Shown one piece after another: positions 17,116 through 26,285 of a DNA stretch of 49,065 nucleotides; position 1 is the stretch's first letter; each line of letters opens with the position of its first letter. The notes below the pieces were generated by a model. That model saw only the letters and a program-made list of their open reading frames with translations, did not search any database and had not been told where the DNA came from. This DNA is from Bacillota bacterium (GTDB lineage Bacteria > Bacillota > UBA994): positions 1-49,065 of the forward strand of contig QLUS01000001.1 of NCBI GenBank assembly GCA_018725535.1, given 5' to 3'. A program made the position numbers and the translations under genes.

Positions 17116-17475
17116 CTAGTCGCGAGTCAATTGTTCGATGCGGATAATCACCCGGTTAGGCAAACACACAATAACTTCGCCTGGGCGGCTCTTTCTCCCC
17201 ATACCAATGCACACTTTGTCCGGACAGTCCGCTGTAACAACACGGATGTATTCGCCCTCTACCTCAATCAAAAGCATCCCGCGCGTGCCGCGCACAGTAA
17301 AACGACGCGCTGTCTCACCCGGGCGAAGCTGTACGCGTTGCACTTCACGATTATTCACTTCGATGATTGCCAGCCCACCGGGTTCTACAGCAAAGCGACG
17401 ATAAGCAACCCAAGCACCGATTAGCAGTGCCACAACAACCGCAAACAGGAGAATCTTCTTGTCTAGCGGGGTCAA
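17116..17475 (-). CDS. NusG domain II-containing (DUF1312) membrane-anchored protein
   Basis: N-terminal TM helix followed by a beta-rich domain with ADCPDKVCIGMG...IVCLPNRVIIRI, typical of the NusG_II family. It lies 18 nt downstream of the last Mrp gene. Confidence 0.7.
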   Translation of the reverse strand: MTPLDKKILLFAVVVALLIGAWVAYRRFAVEPGGLAIIEVNNREVQRVQLRPGETARRFTVRGTRGMLLIEVEGEYIRVVTADCPDKVCIGMGRKSRPGEVIVCLPNRVIIRIEQLTRD

Positions 17476-17493
17476 AGCCTCACCTCACATCTC

Positions 17494-19596
17494 TTATCTT
17501 AGGACTCTGATGCCCACCGTGTACAGCACAACGAGTACCACAAACATCACTCCTGCCACAACAAGTGAGCCTAACGTGACGTTTTGTGGATTCCAGGCCC
17601 CCGGTTGCTGCTCTGCTGCATCACTGTCGCTGCCTTCACTTCGCATTCTGCGCGTTGTTTCTACCGCCGCATGCCCGACGCGCGCATAGGCCTCCTCAAC
17701 CCCGTGTTCTAGCCCGCGCGCTTGGTCAACTACTAGGCTTGTGGTACGCTGAGCCGCCTCATACCCCTCGTCGAGCATAGCGTCGAGCTTTTTGACGCGA
17801 CGCAGTACACTATGCGACACAGTGCCACTCCGGTCGTACAGGTCGCATATGCCGCCCTCCACACGCGTGACGTAACGGCAGCAGAACCTAAGGAAGCCTT
17901 GGGTTATCGGGCGGTAGAGCAGCGCCTCGACGGACAACCACCAGGGCACCGTTCCTGCGCCAAACTTGAAGTGGCGCGCCGCAAAGAACACAAGCACCCC
18001 TATGGCGACAGGCACAGCTACCGCCGTATAGGAACTCACTGTCCACAGTTTGACGGCGGCTAGTTGCTCCGTCATTACGCCAAAATTAACTACCGTGCCA
18101 GCTGCGCTCCTCGACATAAGGCCCATCATCCGTTCCGGGAACAACCCTACCGCCACGATACTCCCAGCAACCAAGCCAAGTACGGCGGGAATGGTGACCC
18201 CCTCCTTGGCCCCAGAAACCAGCTTTCCGCGGTAGCTGCCTAAGAACACCCCGTAATAAAGCTTAATCAAATACGCCGCAGTCAAAGCGGAGCCCAAGAC
18301 AAACAGCCAAACCGCCCAAGTTAGGACTTGCTCGCCGTGATACGCCGCAGCCTTTTCTATCCCATACTGAACAAGTTTTTTGCTGCCAAACCCGCTTAGA
18401 CCCGGCACTCCAATGACGGCTAACGTGGCTACCAGCGTCGCAAACGCTGTAAAGGGCAACACTTTGGCCATACCACCTAGTTTCCCGAGCTCAAGCGACT
18501 GGGTACGCAAATACACCGAGCCCATCATCATAAACAGCCCCGCCTTGAAGACTGCATGGTTAAAGGCGTGAAACACGGCCGCAGTGTAGGGCAGGCCGCC
18601 TTTAGCGCCCAAATATGCGGCACAGCCTACGGCCAACATCACATAGCCCATCTGGCTGATGCTGGAATAGGCCAAGAGACGCTTGACGTTCTTTTGCAAC
18701 AAAGCCATGACCGCACCGCAAAGGATGGTCAGCAACGCTACCCAAATGAGCGTAAAACCAATGTTCATCGGTATCGCGGCCGTGCCCTTGCTAGGCAACG
18801 GTGAAGACAGTGTGACGGTGAGCACACTGAGTATGCCGTAAAAGCCGGTCTTCCCCATTACACCCGACAAGAGAGCCGTGGCAGGGGCTGGGGCTACAGG
18901 ATAGGTATGTGGTATCCAGATGTGCAGCGGAACCAAGCCCGCCTTTACTCCAAACCCAATCAAAAATACTAGTGCCACCATATAAGGGCTAATCGCTCCG
19001 CCTTGCAGTTTGTCAAGCGCAGGTACAATGTCCGCAGTGCCGGTCGACCACACCAGCATAAGAATGCCTAACAGCAGCACCAGTCCGCCGGCCACTCCCA
19101 TGTAAAGGTAGCTGTCGCCTGCCCGCATAGCCTCGTCATCCTCATCGTGAATGACGAGTGGATAGGCAGCAAAGGTCATGATTTCGAAAAACAGAAACAG
19201 CGTAAAGTAGTCTCCCGCCAGAAAAACACCTAAGCAGCCGCTAAGGCTGACCAGCAGGAAGCTTGAAAAACGCGTCTGCGAATGGCTGTGCCGCATATAG
19301 CTGAGTGCGTAACAAGAGATTAACGCCCAAAGCCCCGCCGAGAGCAGAGCGAACAGCGTGCCTAGATTAGTCGGGCGAAAGCTGAGGCCATAGTCTACTA
19401 AACGAAAGAAAACTAATTGTAAGCGGTACTCAGGATTTAAGAGATAGATTGCGGCCGTCCCAGCAAACGTAAGGAACACTGTGACGACAATCAGTGCATC
19501 TTGCACTCGCTTACGAGCGCGGGAGAGGAACACGAGGCCGGCACCAAAGAGCGGCAGGAGAATCGGTACGAGCAACAACAAGTCTAGCGAATGCAT
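17494..19596 (-). CDS. MrpA/NuoL-like proton-conducting antiporter subunit with C-terminal extension
   Basis: 700 aa. The ND5/NuoL/MrpA-type core carries FFEIMTFAAYPLV, WIPHTYPVAPAPATALLSG and AYSSISQMGY. A charged C-terminal extension of about 190 aa ends in a TM helix (LGSLVVAGVMFVVLVVLYTVG), reminiscent of the NuoL lateral helix and anchor. Confidence 0.8.
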   Translation of the reverse strand: MHSLDLLLLVPILLPLFGAGLVFLSRARKRVQDALIVVTVFLTFAGTAAIYLLNPEYRLQLVFFRLVDYGLSFRPTNLGTLFALLSAGLWALISCYALSYMRHSHSQTRFSSFLLVSLSGCLGVFLAGDYFTLFLFFEIMTFAAYPLVIHDEDDEAMRAGDSYLYMGVAGGLVLLLGILMLVWSTGTADIVPALDKLQGGAISPYMVALVFLIGFGVKAGLVPLHIWIPHTYPVAPAPATALLSGVMGKTGFYGILSVLTVTLSSPLPSKGTAAIPMNIGFTLIWVALLTILCGAVMALLQKNVKRLLAYSSISQMGYVMLAVGCAAYLGAKGGLPYTAAVFHAFNHAVFKAGLFMMMGSVYLRTQSLELGKLGGMAKVLPFTAFATLVATLAVIGVPGLSGFGSKKLVQYGIEKAAAYHGEQVLTWAVWLFVLGSALTAAYLIKLYYGVFLGSYRGKLVSGAKEGVTIPAVLGLVAGSIVAVGLFPERMMGLMSRSAAGTVVNFGVMTEQLAAVKLWTVSSYTAVAVPVAIGVLVFFAARHFKFGAGTVPWWLSVEALLYRPITQGFLRFCCRYVTRVEGGICDLYDRSGTVSHSVLRRVKKLDAMLDEGYEAAQRTTSLVVDQARGLEHGVEEAYARVGHAAVETTRRMRSEGSDSDAAEQQPGAWNPQNVTLGSLVVAGVMFVVLVVLYTVGIRVLR

Positions 19597-19611
19597 AAGT
19601 TTTGCCCTCCC

Positions 19612-20323
19612 CTATTTGACCGTCAAGAAAAGGGAGTGGGCCGCCCTCTCTGCCAGCTCTAAAGCTATATTGTATGGCAACAGATCAATGATCAAAATTA
19701 CTGCGGCGAGCACAACCATAGGAACCAGCATGGCTAGAGGCACATCCCGCTTAGTTTGCGCCTGCGCAGTATGGGCAAGACCTTCGCCAAAGAAAGCGTT
19801 TTGTATGAGCGGGAATAAGCATAAGATACCTGTAGCCCGCGCGCATCGCTTCGGCAGTCTCTTCATGTATGACTAGGACATACGCCGAAAGCGACATCAT
19901 CTCAAAAAACAGGAAGAAGGTAAACAAGTCGCCGCTCAAAATAACACCCATGGCCCCCGCTAAGGTTAGCACCGAGAAAGGATAATACCGGTTCTTGGCA
20001 TGCTCCTTGACCATGTAGACGGTACTATAGATGGTCACTAACAGCCATACAAAGGAAACTACTGCCGCAACAAGAAACCCCAAATGATCCATGCGGAAAG
20101 AAACGCCAAGCGGCGGTAAGAGCTCAGGGAATTCCGCCACTAGCGTTACATCGGCCATAATGGTGCGGTAGTGCTGTACCACCAGCAAGAACGAGGATAG
20201 AGCTGCTGCCACGGAAAGGCCGTTGCGCAGCTGCCATGACCGTTGCCCGACGGCGTAGATGACGACGGCAAGCATCAGGGGCACCATCACGGGCAGAGTC
20301 AACGCATAAGACGTAGCTTGCAC
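19612..20323 (-). pseudogene. MnhD/NuoN-like antiporter subunit remnant (large internal out-of-frame deletion)
   Basis: ORF 20323..19751 encodes only the first 170 or so residues of an MnhD-like protein, up to FFEMMSLSAYVLVIHEETAEAMRAGYRYL, then runs out of frame. The overlapping ORF 19866..19612 carries only the C-terminal end (LFPLIQNAFFGEG...MLVPMVVLAAVILIIDLLP). Compare the C-terminus of the intact 488-aa paralogue, YFPIIISAFFGRD. Confidence 0.65.
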
Positions 20324-20338
20324 ACTAAGGCCTCCAGT

Positions 20339-21805
20339 TTATCTCACGAAGAGAAGCGCGGTTTGACGTACTAGGGGAACCATGAGCGAGGGAAACATCC
20401 CAAAGAAGAAAACCATACCAGCAAGTACTGCTACAGGCGCGAGCACGGCAAAGGCCGGGTCTGTCGCTTCCGCATCGCTGTCTCTGCCAAAGAACGCTGA
20501 GATAATTATGGGAAAGTAGTAGGCTGCGTTAAGCAAACTGCTAATGAGAATAAGCACCGCAAAGACCAGCATATCAGCATCAAGTGCCCCGAGCGCAAGA
20601 TACAACTTAGAGATAAACCCAGCCGTCCCAGGCACACCTACCATGGACATAGCGCCAATCGTGAAGGCCGCGAACGTGAGCGGCATCTTGCGCCCTAAGC
20701 CACTAAACTGAGACAATTTCTTAATACCGCTCTGATGAATAATCACGCCTGCAGTTAAGAACAATAAGGACTTCATCACGGCGTGATTAAGAATGTGCAG
20801 CACTCCACCCTCAATAGCGCGCTGATTAAACAAGCCAAATCCAAGGAAGATACACCCTACTTGCGCGACGGTGGAAAAGGCCAGTAGGCGCTTGACATTA
20901 TCCTGCACCATGGCAAAGACTGAGCCGGCTACCAGCGCTCCTGTGGAAAGGGCTAAGAAGAGGTGACGTATTGGGAACAGCGCAAAGATTTCCAGACCTA
21001 ATGCTAAGTAGGCAATCCGCATGAGGGCGATAATGTACACCTTCACAACCAATCCGCTAAGCAAGGCGCTCGATGCCGTAGGGGCATTAGAGTGCGCATC
21101 CGGCAGCCACACGTGCATGGGAAAGAGCGCCGCCTTGACGCCAAAGCCTACAACCATCAAGCCTATCGATGTCAAGAGGTTTAAGGGATATTGCTCGGCG
21201 GTCACCATAAGCGTTGTGCGGATGTAATCCATATTGAGGTGCCCAGTGATCATAAAAATCAAAGCGATGCTAAACAGCAATCCCCCTGACCCCAAGGCGC
21301 TAAGGACAAGGTAGCGGAAACTCGCTTCCACGCTCTCTTTGGTACCCTTAATGGCGATGATGGCTATCGCTGCAAGTGAACTAATCTCGATAAACACAAA
21401 GAGATTAAACAAGTCCCCGGCCATGACCATACCCTGCATCGCTGCAGTGAGCAGCAGAATGAGCGTAAAATAGGCGCCGTTATGCCTGACCTCGCGTGGA
21501 CCGAAGGCCGCAAACCAGAAGATAATCAAAGCGACGGTGGCCAAGACGAGAGAAGAGTAGGCCGCAAAAACATCAACCAAGACCACTATACCATACGGCG
21601 CTGGCCACCCACCTACAGGATAGCTAAGCGTGCCTTGCGCCAACACCCGCAGCGTCATGCCAACCGAAAGTACAAGGGCCACCACCCCTGCCCCTAGGAA
21701 AACCGCATTTGTTGCTGCTTGGCGTTTGCCCAACAGCGGAGTAATAAAGGCAGCCAAGAGCAACACCGCGACAATAAGAACTGGCGCATGCATAAACTCA
21801 GGCAT
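20339..21805 (-). CDS. mnhD: Mrp antiporter subunit D (MbhH/NuoN-like)
   Basis: 488 aa, about 14 TM helices, with motifs FVFIEISSLAA, WLPDAHSNAPTASSALLSG and AFSTVAQVG. Confidence 0.88.
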   Translation of the reverse strand: MPEFMHAPVLIVAVLLLAAFITPLLGKRQAATNAVFLGAGVVALVLSVGMTLRVLAQGTLSYPVGGWPAPYGIVVLVDVFAAYSSLVLATVALIIFWFAAFGPREVRHNGAYFTLILLLTAAMQGMVMAGDLFNLFVFIEISSLAAIAIIAIKGTKESVEASFRYLVLSALGSGGLLFSIALIFMITGHLNMDYIRTTLMVTAEQYPLNLLTSIGLMVVGFGVKAALFPMHVWLPDAHSNAPTASSALLSGLVVKVYIIALMRIAYLALGLEIFALFPIRHLFLALSTGALVAGSVFAMVQDNVKRLLAFSTVAQVGCIFLGFGLFNQRAIEGGVLHILNHAVMKSLLFLTAGVIIHQSGIKKLSQFSGLGRKMPLTFAAFTIGAMSMVGVPGTAGFISKLYLALGALDADMLVFAVLILISSLLNAAYYFPIIISAFFGRDSDAEATDPAFAVLAPVAVLAGMVFFFGMFPSLMVPLVRQTALLFVR

Positions 21806-22169
21806 GTCGTCTACTCCTTAGGGCAATAATTTTGTCGGCGTCAATTGTGCCGTACTGCTTGTGTAGTAGTACAACCAGCGCTAAGGCAAAAGCGGTGAAA
21901 CTTACAGAAATAACTATGCCTGTAAGGATAAGCGCTGAAGGCACGGGGTTAACGTACTGTATAACCCCCTCCCTAAGGATAGGCGCTTGTCCGCCGCGTA
22001 TATAGCCAATGGAGACAAAGAACAAGAATAGCGACGTGTCCATGATGTTCATGCCCATTATTTTCTTTAGCAGGTTGTTGTGCGTAAGCATAGTATGAAA
22101 GCCAATAATGAAAAGTACAACTGAGATTAAATAGTAGATGTTCGTGTACAGGCGCTCAATGATGACCAT
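21798..22169 (-). CDS. mnhC: Mrp antiporter subunit C (MbhG/NuoK-like)
   Basis: IGFHTMLTHNNLLKKIMGMNIMDTSLFLFFV is typical of MnhC. ATG 22169 is preferred because GGAAGGAGGTG lies upstream. The ORF-track start at 22238 is inside mnhB. Confidence 0.85.
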   Translation of the reverse strand: MVIIERLYTNIYYLISVVLFIIGFHTMLTHNNLLKKIMGMNIMDTSLFLFFVSIGYIRGGQAPILREGVIQYVNPVPSALILTGIVISVSFTAFALALVVLLHKQYGTIDADKIIALRSRRHA

Positions 22170-22611
22170 CCGGTTCCGCACCTCCTTCCAACAGCTCTTG
22201 GAACAACTTAAACACGGTGCCCGCAACCTTAGCTCCAATGCCTAGCGTCACCAGTAAAATCATGCCGCTACTCCACAGACGCCCCGGCTCGCCAATCGGG
22301 AACACTCCCTGATTAGTAAGGAAATGTCTCCCAAACAATATGCCCACAAGCCCCGACCCTACATAGATCAGTGCGCCGCCCACCTCAAACCAAAGAGAAG
22401 TCTCGTGCTTGAGGCGGTGCTTTTTGTCCGAAAACCTATACACAAGGCTGTAGAATATAAAACTCGCGCCAATAATCGTGCCCCCGGAGAAACCACCACC
22501 AGGCGACAAATGACCATGAAAGAGAATATATGCGCCAAAAAGCTGCGTCGCTGGAATAAGAATGCGGCCAAGCATCTCAAGAATCATGTCATGCATGCTC
22601 ATAGCCTCCAT
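22156..22611 (-). CDS. mnhB: Mrp antiporter subunit B (MbhF-like)
   Basis: The MnhB domain motif HGHLSPGGGFSGGTIIGASF is present. The start is ambiguous: ATG at 22611, 22602, 22596 or 22587. Confidence 0.85.
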   Translation of the reverse strand: MEAMSMHDMILEMLGRILIPATQLFGAYILFHGHLSPGGGFSGGTIIGASFIFYSLVYRFSDKKHRLKHETSLWFEVGGALIYVGSGLVGILFGRHFLTNQGVFPIGEPGRLWSSGMILLVTLGIGAKVAGTVFKLFQELLEGGAEPDGHH

Positions 22612-22870
22612 AGAGTGCTGCCGTCACAGCGATGACGGCCACAAACAACACCGTAGCCTCACCTAAGGTATCGTAAGCGCGGTAATCAATGATGATGGCG
22701 GCAATGGTGTTAATAGCTCCGGTATCGCGCGCGCTATCGGCCAAGTACTTTTGCATAATGCCTTGGTGAGCGGGAGCCTCTGGGTCGCCATATAGCGGCA
22801 TTTCCACGACCATCAGAAATAAGAGTGTCAGCAGACCGAGCAAGATGACTATTGTCAAGGTCTTTCTCAT
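22589..22870 (-). CDS. MbhE-like small Mrp subunit (MnhB-related N-terminal module)
   Basis: 93 aa, 2 TM helices, with GAINTIAAIIIDYRAYDTLGEATVLF typical of the MrpA-C-terminal/MbhE segment. Confidence 0.7.
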   Translation of the reverse strand: MRKTLTIVILLGLLTLLFLMVVEMPLYGDPEAPAHQGIMQKYLADSARDTGAINTIAAIIIDYRAYDTLGEATVLFVAVIAVTAALYGGYEHA

Positions 22871-23109
22871 TCTTCATGCCTCCCCGTGCGGCTGATGGCA
22901 GCGAGAAACAAGAGCGAAGTCGCGCCCGCACCAATAGCAGCCTCGGTAATGGCTACGTCTGGGGAATGGAGCTGCTGCCAGATGATCGACATAACCATGC
23001 TGTAGGCACCGAAAATAATCGTGGCGCTGAGCAGATCCTTGGTACGGGCCACGACTATGGCACAGACTACAAGAAACAACAACAAGAGCAGGTTAATCGC
23101 CGCCAGCAT
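22867..23109 (-). CDS. MbhD-like (DUF4040) small Mrp subunit
   Basis: 80 aa with 3 TM helices (LLSATIIFGAYSMVMSIIWQQLHSPDVAITEAAIGAG). It overlaps its neighbours by 4 and 17 nt. Confidence 0.7.
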   Translation of the reverse strand: MLAAINLLLLLFLVVCAIVVARTKDLLSATIIFGAYSMVMSIIWQQLHSPDVAITEAAIGAGATSLLFLAAISRTGRHEE

Positions 23110-23401
23110 GCTTGTCCCTCCCCTGCGTCCGGTATACCGCTCGCGCCATGTAATGTGCGGCGGCCGGGGCCGTAACCCACAAAAAGACGATCAGCAAGAC
23201 AACTTTAAGCACTAGGTACATGCTGCCGCCCTCAAAAAACATCAGCCCGACCAGCACCATCCCCGCGCCTAAGGTATCGCACTTGGTTGTAGCGTGCATG
23301 CGAGTTAGTGCGTCCGGGAACCGCAACAAGCCGACAGTGCCTGCGGTGAAAAAGAACAGGCCACCTAGCAAAAAGGCTATACCGATTACAGTTGCAATCA
23401 T
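23093..23401 (-). CDS. mnhG: Mrp antiporter subunit G
   Basis: GTVGLLRFPDALTRMHATTKCDTLGAG is the MnhG signature. Confidence 0.85.
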   Translation of the reverse strand: MIATVIGIAFLLGGLFFFTAGTVGLLRFPDALTRMHATTKCDTLGAGMVLVGLMFFEGGSMYLVLKVVLLIVFLWVTAPAAAHYMARAVYRTQGRDKHAGGD

Positions 23402-23414
23402 AGGTTCATCCCTC

Positions 23415-23684
23415 TCATACTATAGTGCCCCGCTCAATGTAGCGAGCCACCCCAATAGTTAACAGGAAGCTAATCAGTGCATACACCATTGCCACATCTA
23501 AGTAGTACGGGACTTCCTGAAAGATATAGCCAATTAGCATCAACACAACCACGGTCTTCGTGCCAATTACGTTAATCGCCACTACCCTGTCCGCTGGCGT
23601 AGGCCCTACAATGGCCCGGTACAAAGACGCAAACGTCAAAAGCATAAGTCCCAAACAGGTAACTAAGAGCGCGGTCAGTTCCAT
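23415..23684 (-). CDS. mnhF: Mrp antiporter subunit F
   Basis: 89 aa with LYRAIVGPTPADRVVAINVIGTK, typical of MnhF. Confidence 0.82.
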   Translation of the reverse strand: MELTALLVTCLGLMLLTFASLYRAIVGPTPADRVVAINVIGTKTVVVLMLIGYIFQEVPYYLDVAMVYALISFLLTIGVARYIERGTIV

Positions 23685-24178
23685 TAGTGTCGCCTCTCAA
23701 TCTCAACCAGCAAATTCTCGATATGCCAGCCCTTAAGTCCAGCCGCAGCACCGTCCGTAAGGGCATGTACTACGAATTCTCCTTGCGCCGGAGCCTCAAC
23801 AGAGATGGTGCCGGGCGTCAGCGTAATGCTGTTTGCTAGAAAGACTCGCATCATTGGCTCCTTAAGCTTACTCTCGTGCGCGACAAACTGCGGGTTTAAG
23901 GCAAGGCGACGGGCAAAGGCAAGTTCGGCCACCTGTACTGAAGCCTTAAACACATCAATGATTAAAAAGCCAGTGTATTTTATCCACGCAGAGAGGTTCC
24001 CGCGGCTGACATGCAAGTCATTCGCGAAGCTGAGCAACAGGTCCCGATTAACAAAGGCAACCAGACCAGCCACCAGCCAGCCTGTAATCAGCGACTGAAT
24101 GTCAAAGCTCTGGGCAAACAGCATCCAAAGCAAAAACAAGGCGAGAGTCCATCCAAATAGGCGCATATACCGCGACAT
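23684..24178 (-). CDS. mnhE: Mrp antiporter subunit E
   Basis: 164 aa with two N-terminal TM helices followed by the soluble MnhE domain (ITLTPGTISVE). The stop overlaps the mnhF start. Confidence 0.8.
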   Translation of the reverse strand: MSRYMRLFGWTLALFLLWMLFAQSFDIQSLITGWLVAGLVAFVNRDLLLSFANDLHVSRGNLSAWIKYTGFLIIDVFKASVQVAELAFARRLALNPQFVAHESKLKEPMMRVFLANSITLTPGTISVEAPAQGEFVVHALTDGAAAGLKGWHIENLLVEIERRH

Positions 24179-24258
24179 TACTTACCCCCCACAAACATAA
24201 GAGCTACCACCAGCATGACGGCAGCCCTATAGTTTCACTTTGTGCTCGCACCACGAAC

Positions 24259-25103
24259 TTATTTGCTTGGTGCCTTTTCTAGAGCCTCGATCACCGCTTG
24301 CACAAACCCTTCGCTTGAGCCGGTGGCACCCGAAACGGCGTCAACCTCTGGATCCTGCTCCCTGATGACTGCCCGCGTAAGCTCCACAAACGCCGCATTG
24401 GCGTACTCCGGCGTATCCTCATGGGCTACGACACGTACGTTTTCCACCCTGCCGGACTTGACCGTGACGGACACTTTAATGGTTCCAAACAAACCGCGTC
24501 CTTCGCCCGGATACTCCCCGTCAGGAATTGTGGCGATGTCCCGCGTAAACCTGTCTACCGGAACAGGCGCAGCCCCCCCAGTACGTGCTGCTGGAACAAG
24601 GCTAGCGCATTTCTAACCCCAGTGGTTACACCGCGTACAGACAATGTCGCGCCGGAGATGGCCTGTATGTCGCCTCCCACAGCAAGCGGGTCACGCACAG
24701 TTTTACCCGTAAACTGCCCGAGAAAAGCAGGCGCAGTCACCCGGTCGCCAATCCCCGGCGTCTCACGCTGTCCGGTAATGCGCACGCCCCGCACCGCGCC
24801 AGCCATATCCACTGCGACGAGCAAGCTAATCGGGCCGGCATAGCCGCCACCCGCACTCTGCATGATCGCACCTACTAGCTTCCCATCCTTAGTGGCAAGA
24901 AAATAGGTAATATTATCGCGTGAAGTTTCCTCAAACTTGTCCGCCATAGGAAAAAGCTCACCGAGAGCGCGCTGTAGTTCTGCTTGTTTACGCTCTGAGA
25001 TAACCGCGCTAGTGACGGAGTAGGTAGCTGCTAAGGCTGCCCCCGCTATGGCACAGATTAATGCGAGCGTTACGCTAAGCTTAAAGACATCCTTCATCAA
25101 CAA
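24259..25103 (-). pseudogene. RnfG-like membrane-anchored protein with two FMN-binding domains, split by a frameshift in a G7 run
   Basis: ORF 25103..24555 has an N-terminal TM anchor and an FMN_bind domain (GDIQAISGATLSVRG). ORF 24492..24259 is the C-terminal part of a second FMN_bind domain (FGTIKVSVTV...EVDAVSGATGSSEGF). The missing N-terminal part (AAPVPVDRFTRDIATIPDGEYPGEGRGL) is open in the second frame. Adding one G to the G7 tract (24573..24579) fuses everything into 282 codons. Confidence 0.7.
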
Positions 25104-25160
25104 TCCCCTGCCTCGGTTAGCTATAGCATTTCCTTGCTTATTCTAGCACAGAGTAGCCGC

Positions 25161-26222
25161 CTAACCAAGAGAAAGATGCCCCCGCGAGTAAAGCACGAGG
25201 AAGTCCCGCGCTGCGCGCTCCCACGTAAACGCACGGCTCCGCAGAAGACTAGCCTGGGCCATTGTCTGGCGTTGACTGGGATTTGACACTGCCGCGTCAA
25301 GCCCGTTTGTCCAAGCGTTCGCATCCGCAATTGGCGGATAGTGCCCGGCATGCGGCCCTACTACTTCCGGCACACTCCCCCTAAAACTTGCTACAATTGG
25401 CAATGCCGTGCCCATGGCGGGCAGACAAATGTGACCGTCTGCTGCACGATCCTGTGCAGGCTACAGAAACATGTCGGCGGCTCGATACACCTTTGGTATA
25501 AGAGCATCTACAGCGATTACTCTATCTGAAGAGACCATAGGCGAGCTACCCACCACCACGAGCCTAAGGCGGCTTAGTGCCGCAGTAGACCAGCAATGGA
25601 GGAGCAACTCCCGCCCTTTATCGCCATGCGGCGCGTAGGCCAATAACGCCAGCGTTTCATCTGGTTCCACTGCCCAGAGCATACGCTGTCTTAACCTCTC
25701 CCGCATAAGGCCCCTGTCAGAGAGGGCGGGACGAAAGACCGACCCATCGACGCCGGGATAAACGACATTCACCCATAGCCGCAGACCATAATACCTGCCA
25801 ACAAAGAGGCTCTTCAGGAAGAAACTGCTGAGCACAACTTGATCCACCCAACAGAGGGACATGCGCAAAGCACGGCGCGAAATCGCGTCGCCCGAGAGAG
25901 GCGGCAGCGAATGTAAATTTAACACCACATATCCTTGGAAAACTTGACGCACCTCGGGCACTAACCAAGGGCAGTTCTCAACTTGCACTACAGTCGGTCG
26001 CGTCTCCCTGAGAACCGGCCTGAGCACATCCGCACGCGGCGGGAGCGGCCAGCGGTACAGGCGTACACCTAACAACTCCGGCACTTCCATGTTCGCCGGC
26101 AGGACCATTGCGACCTCTATACCCTGCCTAGAAAGGAGAGCAGCCATCTTAAAGACATGTAGGTGTGACTCGTCCCCCGCAAGTCTCGGCACGTCCGGCG
26201 GCAGTACATACAGAACTTTCAC
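25161..26222 (-). pseudogene. GT-B (family 1/4-like) glycosyltransferase interrupted by an in-frame TAG
   Basis: ORFs 26222..25461 and 25415..25161 are in the same frame: ...YRAADMFL-TAG-PAQDRAADGHICLPAMGTALPIVASFRGSVPEVV.... This spans the usual GT1 C-terminal motif region (ADvfv.PS..E.fG...lEAMa.G.PvVas), whose acidic residues are degenerate here. Confidence 0.6.
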
Positions 26223-26285
26223 TTTGCTCTCCCCTCACGCACACTTTTCCTCAGTGTACGCAATCGGAGCAGGAACCGTGAGCCT

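Noticed and set aside
25461-25463. In-frame TAG in the glycosyltransferase as a pyrrolysine codon.
   Set aside because: No pyl genes or methylamine methyltransferase context are visible. The surrounding catalytic motif is degenerate, which fits decay better than recoding.
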